A DNA stretch of 63,247 bases, counting the filler, from Rhabdomonas costata (lineage: Eukaryota): the NCBI GenBank assembly GCA_019059605.1. It is 24 parts of 24 records of this genome, joined end to end, with 100 filler letters (N's around TTAATTAATTAA, not from the genome) between each part and the next. Parts side by side here need not be neighbours in the genome. Positions count along the whole stretch, not along the records: positions 60,713 to 63,247 come from JAHMHO010002972.1; 23 more parts are not named here. One strand, given 5' to 3'. Both the position numbers and the translations under genes were made by a program. The stretch's first letter is position 1. Every line of letters starts with the position of its first letter. A model generated the notes under the pieces. It was not told the origin of the DNA and searched no databases. It worked only from the letters and a program-made list of their open reading frames with translations. Below, piece by piece: positions 61,000 to 63,247 of the stretch.

Positions 61000-62750
61000 A
61001 TTCCGCGAGGACTGAGCTGTGCTGGGCGTCCGGCGGTGCTGTGGCCTGGGGTGAGCCTGCAGGCAGCACGCCCGCTGGCGCAGCACAACCGCCCAGAGCA
61101 TCCCGAAGCACCGCAGCGACGGGTGCACACAGTCCGAGAACGCGCAGCACGGCGCCAGCGCGATGGAATGCGCCGGGGCCACTCCAACCGCCGTCCCTTC
61201 CAAACTGCAGAAAGAAAACGTCCAGCAGCAAACTCGCACACATCAACGCATGCGCCTAAACCGAGGAAACTGAGAGCAAAAAGAGGAAGTTCGTGCAACT
61301 GACTGTTTCATGGTGATGGACACAGCACAAGTCCGCAAACCAGCTTCCCCACTTCCTCATCTCGGGAGTAGTCAAGCGACAGAAGTCATCGGAGATTGGT
61401 TCCAGATAATGACTGAGAGATAGAGCAAATCTGGCAAGAGCCACGAAAGGTTAAGCGACCGGCAAAGACGTACAGTTCACGTGGTGCAGAAAGCATGTTG
61501 AGACGGCATTATTTTTAAGGGCAAAGGGCAGCCGCCGCGGCGCGGCCGGAGCGGACAAAGGAGCCGTTTCTACCGTTTTATGGTGTCAAACGGCATTAAA
61601 GCTCTCCCAACACCCAATATTACAGAAGTCATGATGATTGCATTCCGGCACACGTTCTGCAGCTTTCCGCACCCGAGGTACAACACATACATAAAAGCAC
61701 ATTGACGAATCCATGCCACACCACAGGCCGACGTTCATTACGACAACCCGGGGCTCCCACGGCGCTGGCAGCGACAGCTGCCTGCGCAGCGCGGGAAGCA
61801 AGTCCGGGGGACTGAAACACGGCACAAAGGTCACTGTAAGTCCTGAGACCCCCCCCCGTGGGCCAGATCACCACCTAGAGCTCTTTGCTACGGCCTTGGG
61901 ATTTAGGGTTTTCAGACATATCCTGTGAGTATAACAAGACTTTGAATACTTTACACAGCACACAGAGGAGTGGGATTTTTGGCTCATGTGTTCGGCATAG
62001 AGCAGCGGGTATACACAGGACAGTCAACGAACAGAAATGGGTGCGACGCGAAACTTCAGAAAATTGTTCTGCTTCCCGAAGCGGCAAAAAATAGGACTGC
62101 GGGTTCACCACACAGTTCAAAAGGTCTACCGTGCTACCAGCTCAATTTTACAAAGCGCGCATAAGCGCAATTGCGTGCGAGGGTGAGCCTCAAAACGCCG
62201 CCCAGATGGATTTCGATGGAATGAGATGGAATTGCGATGCGATGGAGAGGTCGGCGTTTTGAGACTCACCCAAAGAGTGATGCGTAAAAACTCATATACC
62301 CCCATCGCCTCCCCCCAAATAAAGTCATATACCCCCCCATCGCCTGTGTGTAACTGACGCGCAAAGTAGCACATCAATGCGGACCCAACCAACCCATACA
62401 AAGCTCTTTGAAGTGGCACACCCGTAGTCAAGTATACAGCCCTAATACCCGCGAACACACACACACACAACAGACACGGACGAGGAGACTTACCCTCGCT
62501 CTCAAACACCATGTCTTCACGGTCTCCTTCCCTACGAGTTCTCAGTGACCACCCTGAGGGCCACGCCGCAGGTCTGTCCAGAAACCTCTGGAGCCACGCC
62601 GCCACCGCGTCCAGCTCCGCAGCTCTCCTACGAGGAAGGCACTTCAGCCCGTCGGGAGGATGCTCGGCAGAAGGGCTCAGGCTGGGGTCCTCCGAGGGAC
62701 ACCACAGGGAGACCCCCCGACGACTCTGAGGCGGGCTTTCCTGCTGCAGG
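61000..62750 (-). CDS. SGNH/PC-esterase (TBL/Cas1p-like) O-acyltransferase or esterase, 3' exons
   Basis: PRVVVMNVGLW (~61750-61720) and a downstream DxxH motif, SDCVHP (~61138-61121). Exon edges are not fully resolved. Confidence 0.52.
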
Positions 62751-63247
62751 GCAGCGCCTTTTGCATTTCCAACCTTCCTACACCCCATGAATCCTAATTC
62801 TGGCCAAGAATAAACATCGCAAAGGCTCCAAGGGTCGGCTGTACTCATTCTTTTGGGTGACGTTTGGGATCGGCGTGTCCCAAAGACACACGAGGTGAGT
62901 GTGTCGGATGCCCCACCTCAATTCTGGTGTGGATCCCTCTTAACGTTGCTATGCTGATCAGTCAGCGCCAAACAGATCCATTTTCCGTCGAAAAGATGCT
63001 CACCCATGCTTCCCATGTCCGTTCAAACGTAATGTGGACAGTGTTCAGTTCACCAACCAAGTGGGTTAGTGCAAGCTCTGTGCCCAGCGCAGGGGATCTG
63101 TTTGCCCTAAAAATACACGGTAGCTATCTCTTTCCGAAGTCTACTTATATGGTTCTATACTTGGGGTTCTCATCATCCCACATCCCGTCATGATATTAAT
63201 GTCGCAATGATTCAGCGTGCTTTTAAAACAACCTGTTGGCACCACAC

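Overview
This is not one locus. It is 24 unrelated ~2.5-kb contigs joined by 23 artificial 100-nt spacers (N44-TTAATTAATTAA-N44), mostly with G/T-only 5' ends and A/C-only 3' ends, which suggests whole-genome-amplification primer remnants. Most contigs look like nuclear DNA of a protist: GC-rich exons, GT-AG introns of ~75-700 nt and TTAGGG-type repeats. The gene families are compatible with a euglenozoan, but that is an inference. Recognisable gene fragments are Phe-tRNA synthetase beta, syntaxin-16, ataxin-3/Josephin, an R-S-E ADP-ribosyltransferase with an in-frame TGA, a class I/II aminotransferase, a GHMP-like kinase, two SPRY-like paralogs, a Cache-type receptor, and F-box/LRR, TBC, LamG, FBXL4-N-like and SGNH-like proteins. 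There are also about five decayed retroelement RT remnants (LINE-like, CRE-like, Penelope-like). The most unusual contig is 29041-31598. It contains collinear but extremely diverged bacterial-type SSU rRNA motifs, then LSU 5' motifs, then an array of short repeats, which suggests a hyper-divergent organellar rDNA. All calls were made by eye, without database searches.
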